From a virus (lineage: Duplodnaviria > Caudoviricetes): DNA of 32,880 nt. The notes beneath the pieces were generated by a model. The model had not been told where the DNA came from, did no database searches, and worked only from the letters and a program-made list of their open reading frames with translations. A program made the position numbers and the translations under genes. The first letter of the stretch is position 1, and each line of letters begins with the position of its first letter. The DNA lies in IMG/VR virus record IMGVR_UViG_3300032290_000235, positions 1-32,880 of that record; one strand, 5' to 3'. This document shows positions 7,881-16,756 of the stretch, one piece after another.

Positions 7881-7934
7881 TAGATTGCGCCCCCGATATC
7901 AGGCGTTTACCACCTCTAGAGAAATAGGTAGATA

Positions 7935-9218
7935 ATGGCAACAAATAACAACGCTCACACGTTGGATACTGCTGGTAACCCAGCTATCGACTTCGTATGG
8001 GGCAATTTCCCACTACAGCCAAATGACCAGCGTACAGAAACAGCTGCGTCAAACATTGGTGGAACCACAGGTTCAAGTTCAATTTCTTACAAGACTGCTG
8101 TAGTCACAGCAGCATCAGGTAATGGCACAACCATTACCTACACGTCAGCAAATTCATTTGCTGCAGGTCAGCTTGTAACAATCACAGGCCTTTCAACATC
8201 TGGCGCTAACCTAACAAATGCAACAATTGCTACAGTTTCACCTACACAGTTCACAGTAACAAACGCAACTTCTGTTTCAGACACAGGTCAGACAGCAGTT
8301 GCTAAGGTAGTTGAAAGCGTCCTTCCAGGAATTGGCGCGGACAGCTACTGGTCAGCAACAACTGCAGTTACAGGTGCTCGTCTTGACTTTGCTGGAACTT
8401 CAGCTTACTCAGGTTCAGGCGCTATCGCTAACGTAACTGTTAAGAGCGCTAACCACGAGCTTGATGAAACTGGCTACTCAGGTTATCCAGGATATACACC
8501 AGGAACTGGTAAGTACAACATTACTCAGGTAACTGGTGATGGAACAACTGTACGCTACGAGACATTCAACTTCTTGAAGTCTGGCGACACAGTCAATATC
8601 ACAGGTTGCGGAGATTTCAACCTTACAAGCGCAACAGTAGCAGCAGCTACACGTGACTGGTTCTCAGTAACTAACGCTACAACAGGCTCACTTATCAATA
8701 TCAATAACGGTATTGTTGCCCTATCTAACGCTCTAACAGCAGCTGATGGAGCTTACGTAGCTGGAACTGCTTACATCGACGTGCCTTCAATCCTTGGCCT
8801 CACAACCGCTCTTGGTCTTGACGCTCTTAAGGATTCTGGCTTTGCTACAGCTAACATCACCAATACAACTGGTGTTACAAACACAGCTACACAGCCAACT
8901 CAGGTTAACGTTACAACCACTACATCTGCGACTATCAACGTCTCAGGTGGAACTGGCACATGGCCTGTTGGTACTAAGGTCACCATCGCTTCAGGTACAG
9001 GTATCCCAGCAGCAGTTGTTGGTACTTGGACTGTTACAGGTGGTAGCGGAAGCACACTTATCATCTCAGGTTCAGGTTGGACTGTTGCAAACTCAGGTGC
9101 TATCACACCTGGAACAGTTCTTACTGGTGCCTCAGGTACAGTCAAGACACAGTCTGTTGCAGCAGGTGCAGCCTCAGTTGCCCTATCAGCTTCAGTCACA
9201 ATGACATCTTGGGCCTAA
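7935..9218 (+). CDS. Thr/Gly/Ala-rich virion structural protein with a PASTA-like C-terminal region
   Basis: Repeated beta modules (VTAASGNGTTITY / ITQVTGDGTTVRY), VPSILGLT...ALKDSGF, and GTVKTQSVAAG. Strongly biased codon use resembles the capsid gene. Confidence 0.6.
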   Translation: MATNNNAHTLDTAGNPAIDFVWGNFPLQPNDQRTETAASNIGGTTGSSSISYKTAVVTAASGNGTTITYTSANSFAAGQLVTITGLSTSGANLTNATIATVSPTQFTVTNATSVSDTGQTAVAKVVESVLPGIGADSYWSATTAVTGARLDFAGTSAYSGSGAIANVTVKSANHELDETGYSGYPGYTPGTGKYNITQVTGDGTTVRYETFNFLKSGDTVNITGCGDFNLTSATVAAATRDWFSVTNATTGSLININNGIVALSNALTAADGAYVAGTAYIDVPSILGLTTALGLDALKDSGFATANITNTTGVTNTATQPTQVNVTTTTSATINVSGGTGTWPVGTKVTIASGTGIPAAVVGTWTVTGGSGSTLIISGSGWTVANSGAITPGTVLTGASGTVKTQSVAAGAASVALSASVTMTSWA

Positions 9219-9228
9219 TAGCCTAAAC

Positions 9229-9259
9229 AAAAAGCCCCAGCCAATTGGCTGGGGCTTTT
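9229..9259. terminator. Bidirectional intrinsic terminator
   Basis: aaaaGCCCCAGCC-aatt-GGCTGGGGCtttt between convergent genes. Confidence 0.9.
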
Positions 9260-9263
9260 CTGT

Positions 9264-9554
9264 TTAACGAGTTTTCTTACGTTTAATTCGATGTCTGTCT
9301 AGGTCGGTGGTTCCCGCCCAGATACCTAGTTCGTTATTTACAAGGGCCCACTCAAGGCACTCGCTGTTGAACTGACACTTGCCGCATATTGGTTTGACAA
9401 GAGCTTTTATCTTTTCAGCTTCGCTATTGTCCTCTGGAAAGAATAGGTCTGTTCCTATTTCTCTACAGGGTTGAGTTCCATCAAAGAAGGGGGCTTTAAT
9501 ACCACCTGTGCTTTTGCCAGAAACTCCATGCGTTACACGCGCCAGTTGGCTCAT
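9264..9554 (-). CDS. whiB: WhiB-family Fe-S transcription factor
   Basis: C...DLFFP...C-GK-C-QFNSE-C-LEWAL...GIWAG TT..DR: four Cys plus the G[IV]W[AG]G turn. ATG 9554 has GGGAG upstream, but the exact start is uncertain. Confidence 0.9.
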   Translation of the reverse strand: MSQLARVTHGVSGKSTGGIKAPFFDGTQPCREIGTDLFFPEDNSEAEKIKALVKPICGKCQFNSECLEWALVNNELGIWAGTTDLDRHRIKRKKTR

Positions 9555-10032
9555 TTGTACTCCCGTATCGTTTTTCAATATAACGTAGCCCATATTTAAT
9601 TTGGAGTTGTGCGCTTGGGGTCTTTTCGACCTTGTAGTTGCCCCATGTTGAGGGCATGAACTGTGCGATTCCGTAAGCACCCGAAGACTTGTTTAAGGAC
9701 TTAGGGTTGAAATGGCTTTCCTTTTGCCAAATGTTACGGAGGCACCCCCACTCTTTCAGTGTCCAGTCCTTTGTATAGACTGTCAGAAAAGCGAGTGCTT
9801 CAGCGTCAAAGTACTTTACTGTGTCGCTTGCCAAGGCTGCTTTAGCCTCTGATTTAGTTGTCTTAACCTTCAAGTGTGTCAGGGATACGGTAACGACCTT
9901 TTCGTTAATGACCGTTTCTGACGTGAGAGCGTACGCTGGTGTTACAAGGTGTGTCATCACTAACATTCCTGCAAGTACAGCTGCTCCCACTTTCTTTAGA
10001 TTAATCGTTAGATTAATTCTGATATTAAGCAT
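9496..10032 (-). CDS. Secreted lytic transglycosylase (SLT / aggregation-promoting-factor C-terminal-like)
   Basis: Signal peptide ending PAYA, then CL..IW.KES.FNP...N.SSGAYGIAQ, QIKYGLRYIEKRYG and C.AW.FW...WY. GAGGAG SD. Confidence 0.85.
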   Translation of the reverse strand: MLNIRINLTINLKKVGAAVLAGMLVMTHLVTPAYALTSETVINEKVVTVSLTHLKVKTTKSEAKAALASDTVKYFDAEALAFLTVYTKDWTLKEWGCLRNIWQKESHFNPKSLNKSSGAYGIAQFMPSTWGNYKVEKTPSAQLQIKYGLRYIEKRYGSTNEPTGACNAWSFWQKHRWY

Positions 10033-10086
10033 TTCTGCTCCTCTCAGTTGGCAAAAGCCACCTTGTGGGTGGCTTCGTCATGAACA

Positions 10087-10117
10087 ACCATAACACAGGC
10101 GTTACAGAGTGTGTCAA
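10087..10117 (-). promoter_or_regulatory. SigA-like promoter for the transglycosylase-whiB operon
   Basis: Minus strand TTGACA-N19-TATGGT; the spacing is long. Confidence 0.45.
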
Positions 10118-10254
10118 GGCGAACTAAGTATTTAAATAAATAATGTGTTTAATATGACAAATCTAATAGTAAATACTGTATATTTTATACATCGGTACAT
10201 AATACGGATAACGCTATCGCTCTTGACAATCCAACTAAAGACTGGTAATTATTT

Positions 10255-10491
10255 ATGAATATCTCAGACTGGGCCGCATTCACCTCTGTTGTTCTTGGAG
10301 TAGGCGGCGTAACTATCCTTGGTATTAAGTGGACCATCAAGCACTATCTAGCTGAGTTGAAGCCCAATGGCGGCTCCTCAATGCGAGACGCGATTAATAA
10401 GATTAGTACGGACATGACAGAAGTTAGGGTATCCTTAGCCCGACTTGAAGGTCGGTTCGACCAACATGTAGAAGAAGGAGAAGTTAAATGA
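10255..10491 (+). CDS. Small membrane protein (one TM plus coiled coil), probable lysis-module/holin-associated
   Basis: N-terminal hydrophobic helix followed by ELKPNGGSSMRDAI...LEGRFDQH. Confidence 0.6.
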   Translation: MNISDWAAFTSVVLGVGGVTILGIKWTIKHYLAELKPNGGSSMRDAINKISTDMTEVRVSLARLEGRFDQHVEEGEVK

Positions 10492-10802
10492 ATAAGGCAA
10501 TGATTGAATCCTATGCACGTAACTTGCTTGGTCAAGTTATTGGTGCAGTAACAATTGTCTCAGCAGCAAGCGGTATTTCAAACCCAGCAAGCTTTGGTTC
10601 ACATGAGTGGCTTCTAGTGGCCAACGCACTGTGGGCATCTCTTGTTCCAGTTGCTCTTCGTTACTTTAATAAGAAGGACCCAGCATTTGGCAAGGTAGCC
10701 GCTGTTGGGCTAGCTGAGCTAGCAGGTCTACTTAACAAAGCAACCGTTTCTAAGCCTGCAAAGAAGGCAGCAGCTAAGAAGGCAGCTCCAAAGAAGAAAT
10801 AA
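10488..10802 (+). CDS. Putative holin
   Basis: Two to three hydrophobic segments, PVALRYFN.KDPAFG motif, Lys/Ala-rich tail, ATGA overlap. Confidence 0.6.
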   Translation: MNKAMIESYARNLLGQVIGAVTIVSAASGISNPASFGSHEWLLVANALWASLVPVALRYFNKKDPAFGKVAAVGLAELAGLLNKATVSKPAKKAAAKKAAPKKK

Positions 10803-10815
10803 TTTAATAGAAACT

Positions 10816-10848
10816 GGGGGGCAGGGGCATACCTTGTCCCCCTTTTTC
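10816..10848 (+). terminator. Intrinsic terminator
   Basis: GGGGGCAGGG-gcata-CCTTGTCCCC followed by TTTTT. Confidence 0.7.
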
Positions 10849-10883
10849 ATATACACTTGCTTTACTTAGAAGGAGAATTAACT

Positions 10884-11072
10884 ATGGCAAAATGCGCCAA
10901 CTGCGAAGAGACAGCCCTATACCGCATGGCTGACCCAGGAGTAAATCCTGTTAACTATTGTAATGTCTGCCTACCATCTTGGTTACGCACCCGTGCTGAT
11001 GAAGGACACTTCCTAGCGCCAGACGTAGATGAAGATAAGGTAAAGAAGTCAAAAGAAGATGAGAGTAAGTAA
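10884..11072 (+). CDS. Small Zn-finger-like protein
   Basis: CANC...CNVC; ATG 10884 follows AAGGAG. Confidence 0.6.
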   Translation: MAKCANCEETALYRMADPGVNPVNYCNVCLPSWLRTRADEGHFLAPDVDEDKVKKSKEDESK

Positions 11073-11322
11073 GCACCAAGCAATACAAGTTCATCCAGTA
11101 CCTTCAATCGCCACTGACCCTAAAGGCCCTTTTCCAAGAGAGCTGTTTAGAGAACCAGAGATTGTAGATGACTATGAGCCAGAGTATGCAGAGGATGGGG
11201 CTAACTTCCCATTAGGTGCTACAGTCCAAAATAACTTTAAACCGCCACGCTATCTGCGTTGCGCTTTATGTTTAGTTCGTGTGTTGGAGACTGAGACACA
11301 AGACCACGTTTGCGAGGAATAA
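11059..11322 (+). CDS. Hypothetical protein with C-terminal CxxC...HxC
   Basis: 87-aa ORF overlapping both neighbours. Confidence 0.6.
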   Translation: MRVSKHQAIQVHPVPSIATDPKGPFPRELFREPEIVDDYEPEYAEDGANFPLGATVQNNFKPPRYLRCALCLVRVLETETQDHVCEE

Positions 11323-11867
11323 TGGCTAAACAACGAGACCTCAAAGAGATAATGAATGCTCGTTTAAATGAGGCTAGCGAAGAGCTTAAGAAAGCACGTG
11401 AGCGAAACTTAAACACCTTTGAGCGAAATACTGCTGATGATAATCCAGAAGGGTTAGCCTCAGCCAACCAACCAGATACCTGGTCTATTGAGATGCCTAA
11501 TGATGTTAAAGATGTGGGGGCGGAGGTATACACAGCGCCCACAACAAACCCAAAGCGTCCTCGCGCCTACACAGTCGGGTACAACCACAATACCAATACC
11601 TTAATAGTTATCTTTAGGCACGACGTATGGTGGCAGTACAACAACGTTCCAGCCACTATGTGGCTTGGTTTGAAGAACAGCGCCTCCACTGGCAAATACT
11701 TAAGAGAGTCTGGTTTAGATACATGGGGAGACATGGGCCCTGCAAATATGGATGCATTGTCTGCTAGTACAAAAGAACGTTTTAGTTATTCAGCCGCAAT
11801 CGCTGGTCGAATGCAGAGCGGGAAACTTCCAACGTTTGATGAAGTGATGTTTGGTATAAAGGAGTAG
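11322..11867 (+). CDS. KTSC domain protein
   Basis: VGYN..TNTL.V.F....WQY.NVP...W.GL.NS.STGKYL matches the KTSC pattern; GAGG SD and TAATG coupling. Confidence 0.7.
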   Translation: MAKQRDLKEIMNARLNEASEELKKARERNLNTFERNTADDNPEGLASANQPDTWSIEMPNDVKDVGAEVYTAPTTNPKRPRAYTVGYNHNTNTLIVIFRHDVWWQYNNVPATMWLGLKNSASTGKYLRESGLDTWGDMGPANMDALSASTKERFSYSAAIAGRMQSGKLPTFDEVMFGIKE

Positions 11868-11869
11868 TT

Positions 11870-12160
11870 TTGAAATCATCTGGACCACTATACGTCGGAA
11901 AGCTTCGGTATTGGCATAAAAAACTTTTACCTATTGTAGAAATAGGGACCACACAGGAAACAGAAATGCCTTACCGTAAAGGTAAGTGTTTAGTATTTCG
12001 TGCGCCCTTTACTGAGCCTGGGTTTTACTTAGGGCTGTGGGTAAACCGACCTAACATTGGGTGGGATGACGATGATAAGATTGATGCGCTACTATCTGAT
12101 GCTATGAAAGCCAGGGTGGCTTGGAAGCCAGAGGACGGACTATTTGATGAATCCTTTTAG
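11870..12160 (+). CDS. Hypothetical protein
   Basis: TTG start after AAGGAG; 96 aa in the operon. Confidence 0.55.
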   Translation: MKSSGPLYVGKLRYWHKKLLPIVEIGTTQETEMPYRKGKCLVFRAPFTEPGFYLGLWVNRPNIGWDDDDKIDALLSDAMKARVAWKPEDGLFDESF

Positions 12161-12395
12161 ACGTAAACGAGAGATATGGATAAAGCCTTTCTCTGAAAAG
12201 GTATCAAATCGAGTAGCCAAGATACCTACTGCAGAGCTTGAGCAGTGGATTGACCAATCACTGTATGAGATTGGTAGATGCATGACCCTCTACAGTAAGC
12301 AGAGGGATACAACGTTTTTACAGGAAGCACTACTAGGTGCTGAAGCCCTACACGCGGTTGTAGATGAGTTAACACGCCGTACTACTAAGCCTTAA
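12144..12395 (+). CDS. Hypothetical helical protein
   Basis: 83-aa ORF overlapping the upstream gene and preceding terminase. Confidence 0.55.
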   Translation: MMNPFRRKREIWIKPFSEKVSNRVAKIPTAELEQWIDQSLYEIGRCMTLYSKQRDTTFLQEALLGAEALHAVVDELTRRTTKP

Positions 12396-12465
12396 GTAGA
12401 TTTGTCGACATTGTGTTAGACTATGCCTTGCCTCTCTTCCTCTTCCCGTGAAGGCAACAAAGGGT

Positions 12466-12491
12466 CCTGGGTTTAACTACCCAGGCTTTTT
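12466..12491 (+). terminator. Intrinsic terminator just upstream of terminase
   Basis: CCTGGGT-ttaact-ACCCAGG-c-TTTTT. Confidence 0.7.
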
Positions 12492-12516
12492 GCTTTCACC
12501 TTAAACTAAGGTCAAT

Positions 12517-14088
12517 ATGGATACAGCACTAGATGACGAAGAGTTCTTCCCAGACGAAGAGGAAGACCTTGGCGTAGAAGAAGAAATTGAAGAGCTTGAT
12601 GAGCTCTCTAAAGAGTTTGTAAAAAAGATAGTTGACCGCTGTATTCAGTTTCAGACAGCGCTTGTGGGTCACGAGCTACACCCATACCAGATGCCCTTAG
12701 CACGTAGAGTTATTGAGTCTGTAATTATTAACGATGGTGAAGAAATCACCGCTTTAGCGGCTCGTCAGTCAGGTAAGTCAGAGACGATTGCTAATACTGT
12801 AGCTACGCTTATGGTTCTTCTTCCCCGCCTTGCCAAGATGTACCCAGACTTATTAGGTAAGTTTAAAGACGGTATTTGGATTGGTATGTTTGCTCCAGTT
12901 GAAGGTCAGGTAGAAACACTCTTTGGCCGTACTGTAAATAGACTTACTTCAGAGCGCGCACTAGAAATCTTGGGAGACCCTGAGATTGACGATAGCCTAG
13001 GTAAAGTACCTGGGGTTACACGGCAGATTAAACTAAAGAACTCTGGTTCATCTCTAATGATGATGACCGCCAACCCCCGTGCAAAGATTGAATCTAAGTC
13101 TTTTCACCTTATCGTTATTGACGAGTGTCAAGAAGCAGATGACTTTGTAGTATCTAAATCAATCTCACCTATGCTTGCGTATTACTCAGGAACCATGGTT
13201 AAAACAGGCACCCCCACTACAAGTAAAAATAACTTTTACCGCTCTATTCAATTAAATAAGAGACGTAGCACTGCTGCAAAGTCTAGACAAAACCATTTTG
13301 AATGGGACTGGCGAGATGTAGCTAAGTACAATATTAACTACGGTAAGTTCATTAAGAAAGAGATGCTACGCATCGGGGAGGACTCTGATGAGTTCCAAAT
13401 GTCGTACTCGTGCAAATGGCTGCTGGAAAGAGGAATGTTCGTTACATCCACAGTTATGGACGAGCTCGGAGACACCTCACAAGAAGTTGTTAAAGCTTGG
13501 CACCGTACTCCAGTTGTGGTCGGGGTCGACCCCGCTCGCAAGATGGACTCGACGGTCGTCACGGTCGTCTGGGTAGATTGGGATAGGCCAGACGAGTTTG
13601 GTTATTTTGACCACCGAGTCTTAAATTGGTTAGAGATTCAAGGTGACGATTGGGAAGACCAGTACTTTCAGATTGTGCAGTTTTTATCTAACTACGATGT
13701 GCTTGCAGTAGGTGTAGACGCAAACGGTGTGGGTGATGCAGTTGCGCAAAGACTTAAGCTTCTCTTACCTAAATCTGAAGTTCACTCTATTGGCAGTAGC
13801 CAGCCAGAACAGTCAAAGCGTTGGAAACACCTTAAAGCTTTAATTGACCGCCGTATGGTTGGTTGGCCTGCGCATGCAAAGACCCGCAGACTTCGTACCT
13901 GGAAGCGGTTTTACCAGCAGATGACTGACCTAGAGACTAAGTTCACTGGGCCTAACTTTCTTGCCCATGCGCCAGAAGAAGCCCACGCGCACGATGACTA
14001 TGCAGACTCTTTGGCTATTGCTTGCGCTTTAACTATGGATTTAACTATGCCATCTGTAGAGGTGTCTAGCTCCCCCTTCTATAGATAG
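12517..14088 (+). CDS. terL: Terminase large subunit
   Basis: Q-motif LHPYQ, Walker A ARQSGKS, Walker B IVIDE, coupling motif GTP, and nuclease acidic motifs GVDPA and HDDYADS. Confidence 0.93.
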   Translation: MDTALDDEEFFPDEEEDLGVEEEIEELDELSKEFVKKIVDRCIQFQTALVGHELHPYQMPLARRVIESVIINDGEEITALAARQSGKSETIANTVATLMVLLPRLAKMYPDLLGKFKDGIWIGMFAPVEGQVETLFGRTVNRLTSERALEILGDPEIDDSLGKVPGVTRQIKLKNSGSSLMMMTANPRAKIESKSFHLIVIDECQEADDFVVSKSISPMLAYYSGTMVKTGTPTTSKNNFYRSIQLNKRRSTAAKSRQNHFEWDWRDVAKYNINYGKFIKKEMLRIGEDSDEFQMSYSCKWLLERGMFVTSTVMDELGDTSQEVVKAWHRTPVVVGVDPARKMDSTVVTVVWVDWDRPDEFGYFDHRVLNWLEIQGDDWEDQYFQIVQFLSNYDVLAVGVDANGVGDAVAQRLKLLLPKSEVHSIGSSQPEQSKRWKHLKALIDRRMVGWPAHAKTRRLRTWKRFYQQMTDLETKFTGPNFLAHAPEEAHAHDDYADSLAIACALTMDLTMPSVEVSSSPFYR

Positions 14089-14101
14089 TTACGCCTTTAG
14101 C

Positions 14102-14130
14102 CTGATTTTAACCCCGTTAAGGGGCACACT
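14102..14130 (+). promoter_or_regulatory. Putative phage late promoter (CTGAT-N18-CACACT)
   Basis: Matches the recurring motif; preceded by TTTAGC. Confidence 0.45.
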
Positions 14131-14165
14131 ATTTACTGAGGTCCTCAAACCAATTAGGAGTTTAT

Positions 14166-14564
14166 ATGTCAATTTCACCAGCACCACGCTTCCCTGAAAA
14201 GCACAGCCCTGTGTATGACCGCAAGATGGCGGGAGCTGTCCCAGGTCAGCGCGGCCCACTTCGTTTTGAAGAGGGTATTGCAACAGACACAGATGTACCA
14301 CAGGAATTTACAAAGGGAGCTATGCAGGGTTACGCACCTGCACCAGGCCGCCCAAATCGTAATCAGAACGTATTTGAAAAGCTTCCAGAAGAGACAATGC
14401 GCGAGCGCGCACACGTTGGTTCTGCAGCTTGGGTAGAAGCACCAAACAGTCTTAATGACTTTGCATCTGGTGCGTTCGCTGACCACGGAGACAACAAGTT
14501 TGAAGAAGTCTTCCGCAATGGCGCACATCAGCAAGCCCTAAATCCAGCAGTAGTACAAGACTAA
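14166..14564 (+). CDS. Hypothetical head-module protein
   Basis: AGGAG SD; 132 aa between terminase and portal. Confidence 0.7.
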   Translation: MSISPAPRFPEKHSPVYDRKMAGAVPGQRGPLRFEEGIATDTDVPQEFTKGAMQGYAPAPGRPNRNQNVFEKLPEETMRERAHVGSAAWVEAPNSLNDFASGAFADHGDNKFEEVFRNGAHQQALNPAVVQD

Positions 14565-14571
14565 TTAAATA

Positions 14572-14615
14572 GCTTACTCCCCGCTTCTTACGTGGCAGCG
14601 GGGAGTGAGCGTTTT
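14572..14615 (+). terminator. Long stem-loop, probable terminator or processing site
   Basis: GCTTACTCCCCGCT...AGCGGGGAGTGAGC followed by gtttt. Confidence 0.6.
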
Positions 14616-14630
14616 ACAAAGGATTAAACA

Positions 14631-14936
14631 ATGGCACTGATTCAGGGTAGAGAAGCAAAAAAGACGGAGAAGCAGGAACCTGCTAACCCTAAGCTTTGGA
14701 ACATGATTACTGCTCAGGCAGGAACAAAGTTTTCTAAAAACTCACCTGCTCGTGGTCACTGGATTCACGCTAAGTACAATCAAATGGGTGGGCAGTTCGT
14801 TAAGTCTAAGAAAGATATAGACCCGCGCTTCCGCGATTATGCGCAGGAGAAGCGTGATAAAGAAGAAGAGCAGAAGAAGAAGAAAGTAGCCAAGCCAATT
14901 GGTAAAGGCAACATACGAGGCGAGCGCTTCATATAA
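14631..14936 (+). CDS. Small basic hypothetical protein
   Basis: Lys-rich 101 aa; AAGGA SD. Confidence 0.65.
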   Translation: MALIQGREAKKTEKQEPANPKLWNMITAQAGTKFSKNSPARGHWIHAKYNQMGGQFVKSKKDIDPRFRDYAQEKRDKEEEQKKKKVAKPIGKGNIRGERFI

Positions 14937-14994
14937 GCCGTCGATATGTTAATATATCGACATTGAGTTTTAACTGATTTGAAAGAGGTGAATA

Positions 14995-16716
14995 GTGAGC
15001 GGTATTGATTTCTCGCCTCCGAGTTATCGCGCAGCTTCCTCTGATTTAACAATCTCTATCTCCCCACTAGGCTTAGTAGAATTAGCGGATGAAGAGTTTG
15101 AAGTACACGGTCCACGTCTAAATCGTTATTCACTTAACTGGGCTATGTACCTAGGGCATCACTATTCTTATCGCCGTCAAACTGGCGAAGCACAGATTAT
15201 GCTCAACTATTACAGAGCATTCACAGACTTCTTAATTAACTTTACATTTGGTAAAGGCGTTAACTTTCGCTCAGCAAAGCAAACAGAGGCTATTGTTCCA
15301 GACCTTCTTGAACGTGTTTGGGAAGTAGATAACAACAAAGCAACATTGCTTTGGGAAATTGGTCAGCAAGGCTCCGTATCTGGAGACTGTTTTATTAAGG
15401 TGGCATATGAAGAAGCATGGGTTGACCCGTCTGGTCGCCAGCATCCTGGTCGTGTTCGCATTCTCCCTCTTAACTCTTCGTTCGCTTTCCCAGAGTTTCA
15501 CCCGCATGATAGAGAGCGACTTATTCGATTTAAGCTCAAGTACAGATTCTGGGGAACTTCTCTAGAAGGAACACGTCAAGTATTTACTTACACAGAAATC
15601 TTGACAGACGACATTATTGAGGAGTACATCAACGATGAACTTATTGATTCGCGCCCTAATCCGCTTGGCACTATCCCTGTTGTACATATTCCAAACGTTC
15701 GTATTTCTGGTTCTCCTTGGGGTCTATCAGATTGCAATGATATTATTAACGTTAACCGTGCATATAATGAAACCGCTACGGACATCGCGGATATCGTTAA
15801 CTACCACGCAGCGCCAGTTACGGTTATTATCGGTGCTAAGGCGTCTCAGTTAGAAAAAGGCGCAAATAAAGTATGGGGTGGCCTACCTAAAGACGCAAAG
15901 GTAGAGAACCTAGAAGGTGGCGCACAGGGCCTCAAGGGTGCTATGGAGTTCTTGGCTATGCTCAAGAAGTCAATGCACGAAATGATTGGTGTACCTGAGA
16001 CCGCACTTGGTCAAGCACAGCCTATCTCCAATACATCAGGCGTAGCTTTATCTATTCAGTTCCAGCCTTTGATGAACCGCTACCACCAGAAGATTATTCA
16101 GTACGCACATGGTTTAGAGCGCGTTAATGAGCTTATCCTTATCAGCCTTGCGATTAAAGAGCCAGAGACATTTGTCTGGGACCCTAATGCAAGCACTACC
16201 CCATTAAAGCAAGGTCAAGCCGCTGTGCTAGACCCTAACGACCCGTTAACTTTCCAAAACTATGTGCACTTCCCGCAACCTCTGCCATTAGATAAGTTAA
16301 TTGCTCTTAACGAAATCCAAAGCAAGCTTTCTCTTGGCCTTGAGTCTAAAGAAGGCGCCTTACGAGCACTAGGCGAAGAGTTCCCAGCAGAGAAACTAAC
16401 AGAGATTCGCCAAGAGCTTATTGAGGACGCTAAGTCAGACGGTGCCCTTAAGCTTGTACAGACTCAAATTGAAAATGACATCATGATGCTTACTGGCATG
16501 CAATCTGCACAGCTAGGGCCTGGCGGAGCGCCTGCCCAGCCAGTTGGCGGCGGAAGCCCTGAAACTGGGGTTCCTGAGTCAGCTCTACCTCCAGTTCTTG
16601 ATGATGCGACTATTGCTGCACAAATGGGTGACCAAGCCCTACGCGCCAACTTGGTAACACAAGCTTATGGAACCCAACTCCCGCAAAGGAGAGTTCCAGA
16701 AGACTACGAAAAATAA
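14995..16716 (+). CDS. Portal protein (SPP1 gp6-like)
   Basis: 573 aa between terminase and scaffold; NPLGTIPVVHIPN...WGLSD..DII..N and SGVAL motifs. Confidence 0.88.
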   Translation: MSGIDFSPPSYRAASSDLTISISPLGLVELADEEFEVHGPRLNRYSLNWAMYLGHHYSYRRQTGEAQIMLNYYRAFTDFLINFTFGKGVNFRSAKQTEAIVPDLLERVWEVDNNKATLLWEIGQQGSVSGDCFIKVAYEEAWVDPSGRQHPGRVRILPLNSSFAFPEFHPHDRERLIRFKLKYRFWGTSLEGTRQVFTYTEILTDDIIEEYINDELIDSRPNPLGTIPVVHIPNVRISGSPWGLSDCNDIINVNRAYNETATDIADIVNYHAAPVTVIIGAKASQLEKGANKVWGGLPKDAKVENLEGGAQGLKGAMEFLAMLKKSMHEMIGVPETALGQAQPISNTSGVALSIQFQPLMNRYHQKIIQYAHGLERVNELILISLAIKEPETFVWDPNASTTPLKQGQAAVLDPNDPLTFQNYVHFPQPLPLDKLIALNEIQSKLSLGLESKEGALRALGEEFPAEKLTEIRQELIEDAKSDGALKLVQTQIENDIMMLTGMQSAQLGPGGAPAQPVGGGSPETGVPESALPPVLDDATIAAQMGDQALRANLVTQAYGTQLPQRRVPEDYEK

Positions 16717-16727
16717 AACAGTTTAGG

Positions 16728-16756
16728 CTGTAATTTTACGTAGGGCTAGAGAAAAT
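16728..16756 (+). promoter_or_regulatory. Putative phage late promoter (CTGTA-N18-GAAAAT)
   Basis: Same geometry as the other sites; preceded by TTTAGG; upstream of scaffold and capsid. Confidence 0.4.

Noticed and set aside
9555-9680. N-terminal extension of WhiB given in the ORF track
   Set aside because: It lies deep within the transglycosylase gene, and ATG 9554 has a better SD.
12517-14088. Intein or intron in terminase
   Set aside because: Normal length, continuous motifs and no splice-junction signatures.
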